Shown piece by piece: positions 15,011 to 17,033 of a stretch of 17,033 nucleotides of DNA. Position numbers and translations under genes: made by a program. Within the stretch, counting starts at the first letter, position 1. Each line of letters starts with the position of its first letter. The notes below the pieces were generated by a model. The model was not told the origin of the DNA, searched no databases, and was given only the letters and a program-made list of their open reading frames with translations. Where the stretch lies: assembly GCA_046582655.1 (NCBI GenBank), contig JAYGDX010000254.1, positions 1-17,033 on the forward strand, given 5' to 3'. This stretch comes from Candidatus Poribacteria bacterium. GTDB lineage: Bacteria; Poribacteria; WGA-4E; UBA9662.

Positions 15011-16178
15011 ATGAATCGGATTAATCTAGAGCAAGCTATGGAAATCGCACAATCAAAGTATAAATCTAAACAATACTATCAAGTAAAACAAATCTTGCAA
15101 CAGATTCTTCAACATGGTGGTGAGAATATTGGTGCGTATCTTCTGATGGGTAACGAGTACTATTGTTTAAGTGAATATCAGCAGGCTGTTGAAGTATACA
15201 GCTATGTGAAAAAAATAGCTCCGAATGCGGCTGTTTCTTATGTCAACTTAGGTAATTCATACGCCAAATTAAAATGCTTCGATGATGCAACCAATTCATA
15301 TGATAAAGCAATTGCTATTGAACCTAGTTTAATGAAGATAGTTTGCCGTAATTTAGTCTGCGTTCATTCTATGAATCAGCAAGTGATACCTGCTCTTGAA
15401 ATGTGTGGTGAGATTTCTAGATAATAGTTATGATTCTAATAGCCTAGACATTACTTTAAGTAGTAAATACAATAGGTCTAATCCAAGCCCTACTTAATTA
15501 ATCGTATGTCAATATGTATAACAAATTGCACATTGATGGGATTTGGAAGATGGCATACGGCCTGAAGCAATGTACATGGGAATCAGTACAATACTATGGA
15601 TTGTTGCCATAAAGGATTTGGTTGATTTAACTGACTCTAATACTTTATTGGATTATGGAAGTGGAAAAGGGATTCAATACAAGACTGTGCTGCCAGAAGA
15701 CGAAAATCGTGTAGCATGTCAAAAACTTCAAGATTATTGGGAGACAAGTGAGATCTACTGTTATGATCCTGCTTATCCACCACATCAAAACCTCCCCAAT
15801 CGGCAATTTGATGGTGTGATATCAACTGATGTTTTGGAACGTTGTCATCAAGAAGATATGAAATGGGTTGTTAATGAAATTTTCAGCTTGGCAAAAAGAT
15901 TTGTTTTTGCTAACATCGCATGTTACAGGGCCTCTAAATCGCTACCAAACGGCAAAAATGCTCATTGTACTATCCGCCCTTCTGTTTGGTGGGATGTAGT
16001 ATTAAAGTCTATCACCCAGAATTATTCTGAAGTAGAATATTGTGTGCTGGTAAAATATATTTGGTTGGATATCAAAGGTGATGAACCTGTATTTCAAGTA
16101 CTTAGTAATTTAAAACCTTCTGAGCAAGGTGAAATAGAATTGAGCCCTTCCTCTGCCACGATACACAAAATACGTTAG
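15011..16178 (+). pseudogene. Frameshifted fusion of TPR repeats and a class I SAM-dependent methyltransferase
   Basis: The TPR ORF 15011..15424 (AYLLMGN..Y..A, SYVNLGNSY..A..YDKAIAIEP) continues in shifted frames as LDNSYDSNSLDITLSSKYNRSNPSP (15417..15491) and VNMYNKLHIDG (15508..15540). It then enters ORF 15543..16178 with LLDYGSGKG, CYDPAY, FDGVISTDVLE and LPNGKNAHCT. At least three frameshifts. Confidence 0.72.
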
Positions 16179-16324
16179 GAACGTGAGAATCTTGTTCCGC
16201 ATACTCTTCATGGACAAGGAGAGTCACTATCCTTATGGTAGAAGTAGCGGTTGATCGAAAATAGACTGTTATTTTGCCTGGGTTTACGAGATTTAAGATG
16301 AAATACGGAAATTAAGGGTAAAAA

Positions 16325-16708
16325 ATGCCACATTATCTGCTTTTGGATTCAATTAATGTTTCTGCCGACGAAAATTCTACCGACTTACCTAAGTTAGAGG
16401 AAATGATAATAAATCTCGATAATATTGCGGTCATTAAACGTAGCTGTGATTTAGAGATTAGTGATCAGGATGGTACACAACATATTTCAGAACAGTTAGA
16501 TGAGTCGGAAAAGCTGGTAATTATTCTCAATGATCAAACAACAATAGCTTTTGAAGGTAAAATTGCCAAAATTAACTACTTTAAAATAGTTAAAAAATTG
16601 ATAGCACTTGACGCGCTTGTTTTACTCGAGGATGATGTTCGGTCTGAAGATGGAGAATTGGATTCAAGTGAGTGGATGGCTGACGATAATTCCGTTGACA
16701 CTGCCTAG
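16325..16708 (+). CDS. Acidic hypothetical protein, 127 aa
   Basis: ATG preceded by AAGGGT. Very D/E-rich. IINLDNIAVI...LVIILNDQTTI resembles small beta-strand (FlbD-like) domains, but only weakly. Confidence 0.65.
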   Translation: MPHYLLLDSINVSADENSTDLPKLEEMIINLDNIAVIKRSCDLEISDQDGTQHISEQLDESEKLVIILNDQTTIAFEGKIAKINYFKIVKKLIALDALVLLEDDVRSEDGELDSSEWMADDNSVDTA

Positions 16709-17033
16709 GGTCTGTTAACATTCATTGATCGTTAGTGTCTTCTATGGTCATTGGAGGAAAGACCATATGAACAGAAAACTATTGCCAAACGACCAGTGGG
16801 AAGGCATCAAGGATCTTCTGCCAGGCAAGGAGGGTGACCCTGGCAAGACCGGCGCGGACAACCGATTGTTGATTGAGGCTGTGCTGTGGATTGCACGGAC
16901 TGGGTCACCTTGGCGCGACCTGCTTCCTGCCTTTGGCAACTGGCACAGTGTGTACAGGCGGTAACTCCCCTTGGGGCAAAAAAGGGGTTTGGAAACGTTT
17001 GCTGGAACAGGTCTCCGATGATATTGATCTGGA
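16708..17033 (+). mobile_element. Left part of an IS5-family (IS427-group) element; transposase pseudogene from ATG 16767, cut off by the window edge
   Basis: End sequence GGGTCTGTTAACATTC follows CTA. RBS GGAGG at 16753..16757. MNRKLLPNDQWEGIKDLLP..DNRLLIEAVLWIARTGSPWRDL..FGNWHSVYRR is a DUF4096-type N-terminus. One extra A at ~16963 creates TAA; the shifted frame continues YSPWGKKGVWKRLLEQVSDDIDL. Confidence 0.9.

Noticed and set aside
1296..16939. Numerous 60-115 aa alternative-frame or antisense ORFs in the track
   Set aside because: Nearly all lie within or largely overlap longer genes with recognisable motifs and show no motifs of their own. The exception is 2415..2636, which is part of the propeller pseudogene.
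16960..16990. Programmed ribosomal frameshift in the IS427-group transposase at the A-run (CAAAAAAGGGG)
   Set aside because: The TAA at 16962..16964 precedes the A-run, and removing one A there restores the frame, so this is a lesion rather than the programmed shift.
1..17033. CRISPR arrays, tRNA/rRNA genes, or retron/DGR-type template repeats (considered because FGE-fold proteins can be DGR targets)
   Set aside because: By eye I found no regularly spaced direct repeats, no cloverleaf, no reverse transcriptase and no second copy of the FGE 3' region. A self dot-plot and tRNAscan would confirm.

Overview
Bacterial window with a decayed IS element at each end. The gene content (PQQ-propeller/methyltransferase giant, FGE-like lipoprotein, YCF48-like protein, M14 peptidase) suggests a PVC/Poribacteria-like organism; this is inference only. 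Left flank: the 3' end of an IS5 (IS1031-group) element inserted into a shattered IS701-family transposase, then a ~3.15 kb PQQ-beta-propeller/methyltransferase-like gene broken by at least 5 lesions. Centre: a near-consensus sigma70 promoter precedes a tightly packed four-gene operon encoding a secreted YCF48/BNR-repeat protein, a class I PLP aminotransferase, homoserine kinase ThrB and a 923-aa P-type-ATPase homologue. On the minus strand follow a MocA-like nucleotidyltransferase, an FGE-like lipoprotein and an M14 zinc peptidase. Right flank: a frameshifted TPR-methyltransferase fusion, an acidic hypothetical protein and the left end of an IS427-group IS5. The standout is the P-type ATPase homologue. 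It is full length and intact, yet nearly every catalytic motif (DKTGT, TGES, KGAPE, DPPR, TGD, GDGxND) and most ion-binding residues are replaced, making it a candidate pseudo-ATPase kept for a non-pumping function. Family assignments come from recalled motifs; no database searches were run.
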